This document shows, one piece after another, positions 7,561-17,121 of a stretch of 26,380 nt of DNA. The notes under the pieces are model-generated. The model was not told the origin of the DNA. It saw only the letters and a list, made by a program, of their open reading frames with translations, and did not search any database. The stretch lies in the IMG/VR virus record IMGVR_UViG_3300021963_000032. One strand, written 5' to 3'. How positions within the stretch are numbered: the stretch's first letter is position 1; every line of letters begins with the position of its first letter. A program made the position numbers and the translations under genes. This DNA comes from a virus. Its lineage: Duplodnaviria; Heunggongvirae; Uroviricota; Caudoviricetes.

Positions 7561-10272
7561 ATGGCAGCTCCTAAATCCGAAGATTACATACCAAAAGATC
7601 TCGCATCGCAAATTGCAGAAGCAATTGCTAAGGGAATAAGTATAGGATCTAAACAAGGATTCTCCGGAGCAAACTTCATGCAAGATATGACTAACCAAAT
7701 GACAGATTTTGTCAAAGGTCAAAAAGCAAGAGAAGTTAACGAGAAGGTGTATGCACAATCACTAGCTAAGGGTGTTAGCACTAGACAAGCTGAGATACAA
7801 GTACTTGCAGAGATGGCAAAGCAGGAAAATGCTCATGCTATTAGATCGCTACAAGGTAAGCTAAAGAATAAGAACTTATCGTTTGACGAAAGAAGGGAGC
7901 TACAAGGACAGCTAGACGTGCTACGTGAAATGCCAGGCCTATTAGAATCCATGACAACTGAGCGAATAAAGCAGCTTGAAGTTGAGGAGAAGCAAGCTAA
8001 GCTTCAGGAAGACCAAACAATGGTCAAAGAGAAGTTTGAAGAAATAAATGATAAGCTCAAAGCTCGAGTAGGAATCACAGACGAGCTACTAGATCAGTTA
8101 CGAACTCCAGAAATGGCAAAAGCATTGTTTGCAGATGCTATAATAGAAAAGCTAGATAAAGCTGTTGAAAGCTTCGAAGGTTTCCGTGAAATGGGACTTA
8201 GTGCTGGTGATGCGGTTAATGCGCAGTTTAAGGGAATGTCTTTTGCATCTATGCTAGGTCTCTCTGACACAAAGGGAGTCTTGCAAGGAGTCGTTGAAGA
8301 ATTTGGTAACGTAAATGCGTTGAGTAGTGAGACCGTAAATGATTTAGGTAAGATGGCACACCATCTAGGTATCTCAGGTCAAGAGGCCATGAAACTAAAC
8401 GCATCTCTATCCCAAATGGGTGGAGAGACTTCAGAGTCAGCAGCTGCTGCAATGGAGCATACAGCTCACTTAGCAGAAGCTCAAGGAATCGCTGGTAGCA
8501 AGGTGTTTGGTGATATGGCAAAGAATACTGGTGCAATGGCATTGTACAGTAAAGGAGGCGCAGAAGGGTTTGGAAAAGCTGCCATTGAACTACACAAGAT
8601 GGGAGTTGAAATTGGAACAGCAGCGAAAATGGCTGATGGTCTATTGGACTTCGAAAGTAGTATCAACAAGCAGATGGAAGCATCTGTGCTATTGGGTAGA
8701 GAGATTAATCTCGATAAAGCAAGAGAGTTAGCACTTAGTGGAGACTTAGAAGGTTCCACAGCGGAGGTGTTAAAAAATATAGGAGGTTCTGCAGAGTTCG
8801 ATAAGATGAACGTAATGCAGAAAAAAGCATTAGCAGAAGCCACTGGAATGTCTGTTGAAGAGTTACAAAAATCAATAGACGCTCAAGAGGAATCTAACAA
8901 GTACTTTGGTGAAGGAGCTAGCATGGCTGACCAAGCCTTAGGTACTATAATGGAATACGGATCCGCAGCAGCTGGATTCATGAAAGAGAATGCAGAATTA
9001 ATATTATCAGGTACACAATTCTTACTAGATGGTAACCTAGCAAAAGCAAAAGGCTTTGCAATGGAGGCAGCTCACTGGGTTAAACAAAAAGCACATATGC
9101 TTTGGGTAAAAGCTCAATCCATGTTAGGAATGGGTGGAGGTGCAGCCGGTGCAGTAGATAAAGTCAAGTCTCCGGAAATCAAAACCGAAGGCATTGATAA
9201 AGCATCCAAAATCAAAAGTGGTGGAGGCTTTAAGAGTGCAATGAAAGATCTCGCTGGTGGATTCAGAGAGATGGGTGGTGCTGATGTAGTAAAAGGTATA
9301 ATTAATACAGCATTAGCAGGACCTGCCTTGATAGTAGCATTACCATCAATTCCATTCCTATTGTTTATGGGATTGACTCCATTAAAGTTATTGAAATCAA
9401 ACTTCACAGGATTAGCTCAAGGTTTAGCTAAAATGGGTACGGGTGAGGCTGCAATGGGATCACTTAACTTAATGTTATTTGGAGTAGCAGGTGTCGTAGG
9501 TGTCGCTGCAATTCCATTTATGGCTTTTATAGCTTTCGCAGGAACATTTGTTGGTGCTGGATTAAAAGCATTAGCATCAGGAATGTCCGCACTAGCAAAA
9601 CCGCAAGTAGCGTTAGGAGCGTTAATACTAATGGGTCTTGCGTTATCGTTAGGAGCTAGTATCATGATGATGGGTATTGGTATCGGAATAGCAGCGGCAG
9701 GATTATCCCTAATGTTCAAGGAGTTGGCAAACATGCCAGTAGCTTCAATGATGCTATTACCAATAGCATTGCAACTTATGGGAATAGGTTTACTTACGTT
9801 AGGAGTAGCAGCATTAATCGCAGCACCAGGTTTATTCTTCGCAACACTAGCATTAGCAGGATTTGCAGGAGTATTAGCTTTAATGCAACCGATAATGGAG
9901 ATGGGAGGATTAACAGCAATCGCTGATGGTCTAGTTTCAATAGCAGCCAGTGCAGGTGGTTTAACCGAAGTAGGACTTGCTGTAATGGGAATAGGTGCTG
10001 GTTTAGGTATGATGGCATTGGCTGGTCTAATGGCGTTACCAATTATTGGTGCTTTGATAGGATTAGCAGCAGTAGCACCGGCATTAGGAGCTTTAGGAAG
10101 TATGTTCGGAGGCGGAGGCGGTGACGAAAAAGAAGATGATAAAATGCAAGTTATAGCGGATAAGCTAGATCAACTAATCGCAGTTGCTTCTAAGAGTGGT
10201 GATATTAATATGGATGGTAGAAAGGTAGGAGAGATAGTTCGACTAGGTCTTAATACCTCAAACGTAAGATAA
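7561..10272 (+). CDS. Tail tape measure protein
   Basis: 903 aa, helical Ala/Gly-rich, LLDFESSINKQMEASVLLGREINLDKARELAL segment, long hydrophobic C-terminal third, ends INMDGRKVG; canonical position after tube and chaperone. Confidence 0.85.
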   Translation: MAAPKSEDYIPKDLASQIAEAIAKGISIGSKQGFSGANFMQDMTNQMTDFVKGQKAREVNEKVYAQSLAKGVSTRQAEIQVLAEMAKQENAHAIRSLQGKLKNKNLSFDERRELQGQLDVLREMPGLLESMTTERIKQLEVEEKQAKLQEDQTMVKEKFEEINDKLKARVGITDELLDQLRTPEMAKALFADAIIEKLDKAVESFEGFREMGLSAGDAVNAQFKGMSFASMLGLSDTKGVLQGVVEEFGNVNALSSETVNDLGKMAHHLGISGQEAMKLNASLSQMGGETSESAAAAMEHTAHLAEAQGIAGSKVFGDMAKNTGAMALYSKGGAEGFGKAAIELHKMGVEIGTAAKMADGLLDFESSINKQMEASVLLGREINLDKARELALSGDLEGSTAEVLKNIGGSAEFDKMNVMQKKALAEATGMSVEELQKSIDAQEESNKYFGEGASMADQALGTIMEYGSAAAGFMKENAELILSGTQFLLDGNLAKAKGFAMEAAHWVKQKAHMLWVKAQSMLGMGGGAAGAVDKVKSPEIKTEGIDKASKIKSGGGFKSAMKDLAGGFREMGGADVVKGIINTALAGPALIVALPSIPFLLFMGLTPLKLLKSNFTGLAQGLAKMGTGEAAMGSLNLMLFGVAGVVGVAAIPFMAFIAFAGTFVGAGLKALASGMSALAKPQVALGALILMGLALSLGASIMMMGIGIGIAAAGLSLMFKELANMPVASMMLLPIALQLMGIGLLTLGVAALIAAPGLFFATLALAGFAGVLALMQPIMEMGGLTAIADGLVSIAASAGGLTEVGLAVMGIGAGLGMMALAGLMALPIIGALIGLAAVAPALGALGSMFGGGGGDEKEDDKMQVIADKLDQLIAVASKSGDINMDGRKVGEIVRLGLNTSNVR

Positions 10273-10273
10273 C

Positions 10274-12190
10274 ATGAAGCCGTTTAAAACAATAAGCTTA
10301 GTAGATAGACTCCAAGCGAGTAGCTACAATGAAATTTCAGCAAGACCATCTTCTGAACCGGCTCAAGGTGAGATCAATTTAAAAACTAAAAACAAGTCAA
10401 AAAATAGAGGAAGTGTTGAGTTAAAGGCTATCCCAGACAATCGCAGAAGAAACGAGGAGATACTAAAGACACTACAAAAGGCAAGACCTGAGAGTGCACT
10501 TCCAACAGTAGGTAGTTTTATAACACCACCGATAACTTCGTTTATACTTCCAAAAACAGAAACAAAGTATGGAATGACCATGCAGTTGGAAGATAGATTG
10601 AAGCAATCAAGTAAGGTAGAAAACACAAACCACCTACCTCACTTCTTTTTGTCAGACACATACACAGACTACATAAAGATAAAACCATTTGGAATATTTA
10701 ATCACATCAGTGATGTGGTTGTACCTAGGTTTAATTTTACAACAAATAGAGGAGGCACCGAAGTTAGTACATGGGATTTTAATTCTCTAGCAAACCAAGG
10801 AGCAACTTTTTCCAATGGAAGCTACATTTCAGTAGCTAGAATAGCTAAACCTACTACAAGTGTGTTAGTATCACAAGGTACCTTTTTTACTAATGGTGCA
10901 TTTGTATCTCAGGTAACAATTGGTCAAGCTATATCACAAGACTCTATTCTTAGTGGTCAGGGAGGTGTGTTTTCGAATGGAGGTTACACTTCAAATGTAA
11001 ATTTAGACAAACCTAGAGAGACAGCGAATCAAGGAAGTACTGAACCAGTAAAATCGATATCACCATTAGTGGTTAGACTATCTCAAGGTCTTACTATAGA
11101 TAACGCAGGTAACTTAAAGAGCTACGTTAAACCGCTAGAGCCCGTTGAATTAGCTAAACCAGAAACAACAACACCTACACTACAGCAGACTAACTTTAGT
11201 GCTTTATTATTTAATCAAGGGACAATAACGCTGAAGAGTGAAGAGTTTCTAGCGAACCGAGCTATATCAATACTACTACCAAGAGTAGAGCATGGAAGTG
11301 CTTACTTGCAAAGAATAAACTTTGCTAGAGAGGTGTTTGGTCAGGGATCTATAATATTGCAGGTAACCGACTTTCCAAACAAAAACTTCAACGGTCAGAC
11401 ACTTAGAAAGGCTCAAGGAGAGGATTGGTTCGCAACAAACAGACCTGCAGTAGGTGAAACTGATGTATCTAAATTATTAACAAACCAACTCTCAGAAGCA
11501 GCAGCTAAGGAGTTACTGAAAGGTGTTGTTAAGGGTTGGAAGTATGAAAAAACAAACGCTAGACAAGGTACCGCTCCAGAAGGTAATGTTAGAGTTGTAT
11601 CTCAATCAATTCCATCAGCTTGGAATGAGAGTACAAAATCAACCAAACCTGGAAAAGTAGAGAGAAGGAGTTTGGGAATAACACCTGACGGTGAAGGAAG
11701 TGATTTCATTACTTTGCAAATAGAAAAGGTTTCTGGAGGAAGTATTAGGTTTAAGGCACTATTAACATCTCTTAGTGATAGTTGGAGTCCAAGTTGGACA
11801 GACCAAAACTACGTTGGACGTCAAGATACTTTGAAAGTATTTAAGGGGGTTACTCGTAGTGTGAGTTTAGGTTTTAAAGTAGTAGCGTGGAGTGATGCAA
11901 CTGGAATGTTTCAAAAACTAGAAAGCTTAGCAAAAATTACTTCGGTAGGTTCTCCAACTGGTCCTGGATATGTGAAAGGTCCATTAATCAAGCTTACAGT
12001 AGGAAAGTTGTTTGATAAGGTGTATTGTGCTTGTAACTCATTGAAGATAGATTTCAACCCAACAGAGTTTACTTGGGATATTAAAAAACAACTACCAATG
12101 CTAGCTGATGTGTCGATGGATGTAGCAATCCTAACGTCAAACAACGCACAGATGTTTAATGCCGATACTAATAGATATTACAACTACTAA
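10274..12190 (+). CDS. Baseplate / tail-tube initiator-like protein with long repeat-containing N-terminus
   Basis: C-terminal FKALLTSLSDSWSPSW..YVGR...FKGVTRSVSLGFKV...GPLIKLTVG fits a tube-fold baseplate protein; follows TMP. Confidence 0.65.
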   Translation: MKPFKTISLVDRLQASSYNEISARPSSEPAQGEINLKTKNKSKNRGSVELKAIPDNRRRNEEILKTLQKARPESALPTVGSFITPPITSFILPKTETKYGMTMQLEDRLKQSSKVENTNHLPHFFLSDTYTDYIKIKPFGIFNHISDVVVPRFNFTTNRGGTEVSTWDFNSLANQGATFSNGSYISVARIAKPTTSVLVSQGTFFTNGAFVSQVTIGQAISQDSILSGQGGVFSNGGYTSNVNLDKPRETANQGSTEPVKSISPLVVRLSQGLTIDNAGNLKSYVKPLEPVELAKPETTTPTLQQTNFSALLFNQGTITLKSEEFLANRAISILLPRVEHGSAYLQRINFAREVFGQGSIILQVTDFPNKNFNGQTLRKAQGEDWFATNRPAVGETDVSKLLTNQLSEAAAKELLKGVVKGWKYEKTNARQGTAPEGNVRVVSQSIPSAWNESTKSTKPGKVERRSLGITPDGEGSDFITLQIEKVSGGSIRFKALLTSLSDSWSPSWTDQNYVGRQDTLKVFKGVTRSVSLGFKVVAWSDATGMFQKLESLAKITSVGSPTGPGYVKGPLIKLTVGKLFDKVYCACNSLKIDFNPTEFTWDIKKQLPMLADVSMDVAILTSNNAQMFNADTNRYYNY

Positions 12191-12191
12191 A

Positions 12192-12485
12192 ATGAGATAC
12201 GAAGATATACCAAATAAAATTGACGAGAATGGAAGACGAGTTGTTCGTGCAACACTTTATCCGCCAATTCCAAGAAAGGAATCTGACATCTATGTAAGAA
12301 CAACTCCAGGCGACCGCATTGATCTACTAGCGTATCAGTACTATGGAGATCTAACTAAATGGTGGCTTATAGCAGAAGCAAATGCAATTGGAAAAGGAAC
12401 CTTTGCAATTCCACCAGCTACATTATTGAGAATACCAAAACAATATGATGACGTACTACAAGAGTACGAGAGGTTAAATAAATAA
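12192..12485 (+). CDS. LysM-like baseplate wedge protein (tail X / gp53-like)
   Basis: TTPGDRIDLLAYQYYGDLTKWWLIAEAN...LRIP; ATG 12192 follows the upstream stop. Confidence 0.85.
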   Translation: MRYEDIPNKIDENGRRVVRATLYPPIPRKESDIYVRTTPGDRIDLLAYQYYGDLTKWWLIAEANAIGKGTFAIPPATLLRIPKQYDDVLQEYERLNK

Positions 12486-12488
12486 GTT

Positions 12489-14447
12489 ATGGGCAATAAT
12501 CTATTCAGTCTAAAGTCTGTACCAGATGGTACTAGAAATGAACTAAAAGCACGATCTACCGTAAAGGGTATTACTTGGGCTGCACAACGTTTTCCGTGGG
12601 TTCATGTTTCATCGATGAGTAGTATTTGTGGTGAATTTAAGACTTTATCAAGTAAGTTGAGCAATGCCGTAGGTGATTCGTATGAGGGAAACTTGGTTAG
12701 ACCAAAACCAGTAATCACAGCAGTAAAGGTCAAGAAGCAAGGTGAATTAGGAACGACAAGAAGTTGTACGGTAGAACTGAAAGCGTTTACAGACGCACAG
12801 CTGATAGCATTACAAAAATGCTACTTCCTCCCAGGAATGACTGTAAGAGTTCAATGGGGATGGTCTGTATCTGCAAATGGAGGAACAGCGCCAACGCCAG
12901 TAGAGGGAGGAATGTCAGATGGTAAGGCTATTTGCCTAATGCAAAAGAAAGCAGGAAGTAGTGCAATCTATGATGGTCTGCAAGGATTAATCACAAACTT
13001 CAACTTCAATCTTAATAACGAAAACACATGGGATTGTAGTTTTGAACTTGTAGCAGCAGCTGAAGCAACTGGAGATGGTAAAGTTGCCGTACACAATGAT
13101 AAGTGTTCTGGTTGTGAGCGAACTTATAAGAGTGAAAATGAAGCCGGTGAGTCTAAAGATGTTGTAGATAAAAAGAATTTACTAGCTACATTCTTCTACG
13201 ATGTAGATGCAGATGCTAGTGATGGTGAAACAGGATTTGGAGATTTTAAGAGTAGGTTTGCAGAAGCAATGGCACCCAATGTTCCAGTAATTGCAGGTGG
13301 TAACTATGAAGGTGAGGATAGAGATGGAACCGGAGGTTCTGCTCAATCAGCATGGTCAATGGGTAACTACGATACAACTGAGGGGTACATTTCTTACTCA
13401 ACACTTGAAGCAGCAATTAACAGATATGCATTCCCAACATCAGGTGGAAAGTTTATTTTAGGAAAAGTACTAAGTGCAGATCTTATGGTAAAATCACACC
13501 CAAAACTTGAATCAGGAGATCCAAGGATATGTGTGATTCCAGGATCACCTATGGTTAGTAAGCAAACGGGAGATAACTGGAACTGGAAGGGCAGTGTTCC
13601 TAGTATATGGTCACCGGATGAGATTGACTTTGGAGGTATCATGATCAACTGTGTTTTTCTAATGCAAGAGCTGAAAGCCGTTGAAGAGGGAGACAACAAA
13701 ACTCACACATTCATAACCAATGTAATTAAGAAGATAAGCAACACTTGTGGTGGTTATTGGAATGATATACTGGAAGTTGTAAGTACCACAGAAGACTGTC
13801 TCAATCCAAAAGACGTTCCAACATTATCAGTGGTTGATTTAAGAAAGTACAAGATAGTAGATGCTTATCCAGTACCAACGAATCCCAACAACTCAGTTGT
13901 CCGTGACTTAAAATTAGATATGAAACTTACTGGAGCTATGAAGAGTCAGGCTCTTTACTCCAATGGCGCAAAACAAAACGCAAAAGGTGCTAAGTGTGAT
14001 ACCATAGCATTCTCACCATTTGGATTGGCAGATGCCGGATCAATTGCAGTTGACGGAAAACCAAAAGCATCCGATCCACCACCATGCGATTGTTCAGAAA
14101 CAAAACAAGCTGGAAAATCAGAAAAGAAAACTTTTAGTGAAATTTTTGATGAGATGTGGGATGTGGTTGATAATGGAACAACTGGAGCAGCAATAGCAGC
14201 AGTAGCTGATGCCGTAAATGGTGGAGATGATGTTAAAGAGAAGTGTGTAGGAATGCCATTACCTTTTGACTTTGGATTCACAGTAGATGGTATTGGAGGA
14301 TTTGCATTTGGACAGTGTATCACTTCAGACAGAATACCACCAGCAGTTGCTAAATCATTTGACTTTCAGATAACTTCTGTAGAGCACGACATATCTATAC
14401 AAGACTGGACTACGACGGTAAGTACGGTTGCTAGGTTTAAAAAATAA
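12489..14447 (+). CDS. Baseplate hub-like protein
   Basis: 652 aa after the LysM protein; RPKPVITAV, YFLPGMTVRVQWGWS, C-terminal FTVDGIGG..FQITSVEHDI...WTTTV resembles hub (gp27/gpD-like) ends. Confidence 0.6.
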   Translation: MGNNLFSLKSVPDGTRNELKARSTVKGITWAAQRFPWVHVSSMSSICGEFKTLSSKLSNAVGDSYEGNLVRPKPVITAVKVKKQGELGTTRSCTVELKAFTDAQLIALQKCYFLPGMTVRVQWGWSVSANGGTAPTPVEGGMSDGKAICLMQKKAGSSAIYDGLQGLITNFNFNLNNENTWDCSFELVAAAEATGDGKVAVHNDKCSGCERTYKSENEAGESKDVVDKKNLLATFFYDVDADASDGETGFGDFKSRFAEAMAPNVPVIAGGNYEGEDRDGTGGSAQSAWSMGNYDTTEGYISYSTLEAAINRYAFPTSGGKFILGKVLSADLMVKSHPKLESGDPRICVIPGSPMVSKQTGDNWNWKGSVPSIWSPDEIDFGGIMINCVFLMQELKAVEEGDNKTHTFITNVIKKISNTCGGYWNDILEVVSTTEDCLNPKDVPTLSVVDLRKYKIVDAYPVPTNPNNSVVRDLKLDMKLTGAMKSQALYSNGAKQNAKGAKCDTIAFSPFGLADAGSIAVDGKPKASDPPPCDCSETKQAGKSEKKTFSEIFDEMWDVVDNGTTGAAIAAVADAVNGGDDVKEKCVGMPLPFDFGFTVDGIGGFAFGQCITSDRIPPAVAKSFDFQITSVEHDISIQDWTTTVSTVARFKK

Positions 14448-14452
14448 CAACA

Positions 14453-15127
14453 ATGTCAGTAAGATCCAAAAAGAAAAATAGATCAACAAACATAAGCAGC
14501 TTCTCTGCGAGAAAGAAAACACGTACGCATTTGTTTACAAAGGGTGGTGAGTTTAGTTTGGATGGTGTTGAATATATTGGTGAATACTACATAGTAGGTG
14601 ATTCTGCTTTTACTGGCCCAGCCCCAGTAGACATCACTGAAGACGTAAACCAAATTGGAGATCCAGATCTTGTTAATCCAAAAATAAGATTGGTAACACC
14701 TAAAGCTGCGGAAGGTGGAAAGCTTCTAAGAAGAGTTTACCTAGAGCAATATCAATACGACTACGAGAGAATAAAGAAGTTTCAAGTGGATGTTTTAGAT
14801 TTCATAGACCCAGTTCCATATCTATATGAACCCAAAGACTCAGCATATGAAGCAGGAGAGGACCGAAGATACTTTGTACAGAAGAGAGGAAACGACGAAA
14901 GCTATGCTATTGAAATTGATAGCAATCAATGGGAGATGTTAGGTCAATATAAAGGGATTGATGACGGCTTGTATGCATTCACGAGTGTGGTATGGAGGTT
15001 AGTAGGATCTTATGATATCCTAGCTCAACAAAATGAGCTAGCTTTATTCAAAGCTCAAAGAGTAATTCCAAGCATCCTTTACTCAGTAAAAAGCTTCACC
15101 GAATACGCTCGCTTTACTAAATTTTGA
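14453..15127 (+). CDS. Hypothetical protein, probably baseplate-associated
   Basis: 224 aa, LFTKGGEF..DGVEYIGEYY, RRYFVQKR; last gene of tail run. Confidence 0.55.
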   Translation: MSVRSKKKNRSTNISSFSARKKTRTHLFTKGGEFSLDGVEYIGEYYIVGDSAFTGPAPVDITEDVNQIGDPDLVNPKIRLVTPKAAEGGKLLRRVYLEQYQYDYERIKKFQVDVLDFIDPVPYLYEPKDSAYEAGEDRRYFVQKRGNDESYAIEIDSNQWEMLGQYKGIDDGLYAFTSVVWRLVGSYDILAQQNELALFKAQRVIPSILYSVKSFTEYARFTKF

Positions 15128-15151
15128 TAATCGGATTTTAATTAGTATATT
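15124..15151 (+). promoter_or_regulatory. Host-sigma-type (early/middle) promoter, leaderless
   Basis: TTGATA-N16-TATATT with AG before the hexamer; ATG 15158 at +1. Confidence 0.55.
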
Positions 15152-15157
15152 GTATGC

Positions 15158-16462
15158 ATGATTATAGACAGCATACAGCAATTAGAATCTTTACGTGATA
15201 GAAGCCTATTCGTATATCCAGTATTGCAGGATAGTAGACGACATAGGGTTGAGAGTGAAATTATTGCTCTAATCTTGATCGACACAAAAACACACCAAAC
15301 ATTTTCAGTAAGCAAGAATCACCCAGATGGTTTGTTCAAAGTAAAAGACTTCACATTCCTTGATGACTCTAAAATCTACAGCTACGACACAATCCTATTT
15401 AAGTATGCAGGATATGAAACTGATCGATTTGTAGATGTTCAGATGCAATATTACCTAAAGACTAATAAGAGTTGTAACTTCGAAACACCAGGAATTATAA
15501 ACCACTATGCCCGATACCTATCCGATTGTGGAGTGTTAGGATCGCTAGTGAGTTTACCTAAACACGAAAGCATTGCTTACAACCTATTCACTCGAATCTT
15601 TATTGAAGAGCCACAACCAGGATTAATGTTCTATCAACACAAGATGGTCAGCTCTTTCTTTATGATAGAGAAAAATGGAATACAAGTAAACGACAATCTC
15701 TTTACTGAAAGGTTTGGTAAAAGCTTTTCGAGAGTAGAGGATAGGAGTTATACACAATACAATTATTACACAACTACGGGACGTCCGAGTAATAGGTTTG
15801 ATGGAATCAACTTTGCAGCTCTGAATAAAGAGGATGGTACGAGAGAGTGTTTTGAAAGTAGGTTTGAAGATGGACAGCTTTTTGAGATTGACTTCAATGC
15901 GTATCACCCTCGCTTGATTGCATCACTCGTTGGGTATGACTTCGGCACAGACGATGTATACGAGCATTTAGCCAAGCATTACAACAACACAGACACTCCA
16001 ACCAAAGCACAGATAAGTTCAGCAAAAGAAGCTACATTCCGTCAGATATACGGAGGAATTAGTAAGCAGTATATGCATGTTCCATTCTTCAAAGCAGCAA
16101 GCAACCTTGCAAGATCGTTGTGGATTTTTGGAAACGAGCATGGGTATATAGAGAGTCCAATATCAGGTAGAAAGCTGATATTAGCCAATTATCAGGATAT
16201 AACCGAATACACTCTATTCAACTATTTTATTCAGATGTACGAGACTGAGTTCAATGTACTTATGCTCGAACCTATACTACTCAGTTTGATCGGTCAAAAA
16301 ACAAAACCAGTATTATACACCTACGATAGTATCTTATTTGATGTGCCAAAGCGTGAGGTAGACTATTTATTAGGGACAGTGATTCCGAGAGCAATCGATG
16401 TTACAAAGTTTCCTATAAAGACTAAAGCTGGATCCAATCTAGCCAATCTAGCCGTTTTCTAA
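15158..16462 (+). CDS. polA: Compact family-A DNA polymerase-like protein (vestigial 3'-5' exo, thumb largely missing)
   Basis: IEKNGIQVN, TTTGRPSN, motif A EIDFNAYHPR, motif B AKEATFRQIYGG, NYFIQ, motif C YTYDSILFD; only 434 aa. Confidence 0.85.
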   Translation: MIIDSIQQLESLRDRSLFVYPVLQDSRRHRVESEIIALILIDTKTHQTFSVSKNHPDGLFKVKDFTFLDDSKIYSYDTILFKYAGYETDRFVDVQMQYYLKTNKSCNFETPGIINHYARYLSDCGVLGSLVSLPKHESIAYNLFTRIFIEEPQPGLMFYQHKMVSSFFMIEKNGIQVNDNLFTERFGKSFSRVEDRSYTQYNYYTTTGRPSNRFDGINFAALNKEDGTRECFESRFEDGQLFEIDFNAYHPRLIASLVGYDFGTDDVYEHLAKHYNNTDTPTKAQISSAKEATFRQIYGGISKQYMHVPFFKAASNLARSLWIFGNEHGYIESPISGRKLILANYQDITEYTLFNYFIQMYETEFNVLMLEPILLSLIGQKTKPVLYTYDSILFDVPKREVDYLLGTVIPRAIDVTKFPIKTKAGSNLANLAVF

Positions 16463-16471
16463 ACTGGATAC

Positions 16472-16479
16472 TATTTATA
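16472..16479 (+). promoter_or_regulatory. TATTTATA motif, putative late promoter
   Basis: 16 nt before ATG 16496. Confidence 0.6.
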
Positions 16480-16495
16480 TGTAAAGGACACGAAT

Positions 16496-16738
16496 ATGAA
16501 AAAGGCGTCTATAAAAGACTATATACGAGAAGAGATTGAAGCAATTCTTCGTGAGAAGAAAATCAAGTTCAAACGTAAGGCTTCAATCAAAGAAGAGGAG
16601 TCTTCAGCAAATGCTCAAGATGATCAAAAGATAGCTCAATTGCAAGCTCAAAAGGCTGACAAGGAAAAGCAGAAAGCTGGGATGAATGGAGAGATTGCTA
16701 AATTAAAGCAACAAATAGACGCGATTGAGAAAAAATAA
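16496..16738 (+). CDS. Hypothetical coiled-coil protein (80 aa), possibly head-packaged
   Basis: IREEIEAILRE...IKEEE N-terminus then K/Q-rich coil; TAATG overlap with next gene. Confidence 0.6.
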   Translation: MKKASIKDYIREEIEAILREKKIKFKRKASIKEEESSANAQDDQKIAQLQAQKADKEKQKAGMNGEIAKLKQQIDAIEKK

Positions 16739-17118
16739 TGAGACCACAATTACTTTGCACATTCACATACATTGACAAATTACCCTACTGCCTAGGAGAG
16801 GTTTACAAAACCTATTCAGTAGAGGCGGTATCAAATGTCAAATGTTATTCTTACGTTGAGGAAACCAACAACGTGGTGTGTGTGTATAATGTCGAAGGTA
16901 GTACAAAACGAATGAAGGATACTATCTCGATCAATAGAAAAAAAGAAACAAATACATTTTATAGTATAAATGCTCTTAACTCGTTAATCCGAAGCCTCAA
17001 CAATGGAGTTTTGGATAAAACATTTAGAGTAGACTGGACCCACTACCAGGACATGCTTTTGCTGTCAGACAGTGAATACAATTGCAGAGCAATTAAAATA
17101 GAAGAGCTTTCGCGTTAA
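16738..17118 (+). CDS. Hypothetical protein (126 aa) of the replication cluster
   Basis: QLLCTF, TISINRKKETNTFYSINALN, NNGVLDK; between PolA-like gene and SSB. Confidence 0.7.
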   Translation: MRPQLLCTFTYIDKLPYCLGEVYKTYSVEAVSNVKCYSYVEETNNVVCVYNVEGSTKRMKDTISINRKKETNTFYSINALNSLIRSLNNGVLDKTFRVDWTHYQDMLLLSDSEYNCRAIKIEELSR

Positions 17119-17121
17119 GCG

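Noticed and set aside
3109-14447. Bacterial contractile injection system (eCIS/tailocin) interpretation
   Set aside because: Contiguity with phage-type SSB, UvsX, helicase and RNR, and shared promoter motifs across both halves, indicate a phage genome
16434-16453. 9-bp tandem duplication CCAATCTAG x2
   Set aside because: In-frame NLANLA at the polymerase C-terminus; too short to imply function
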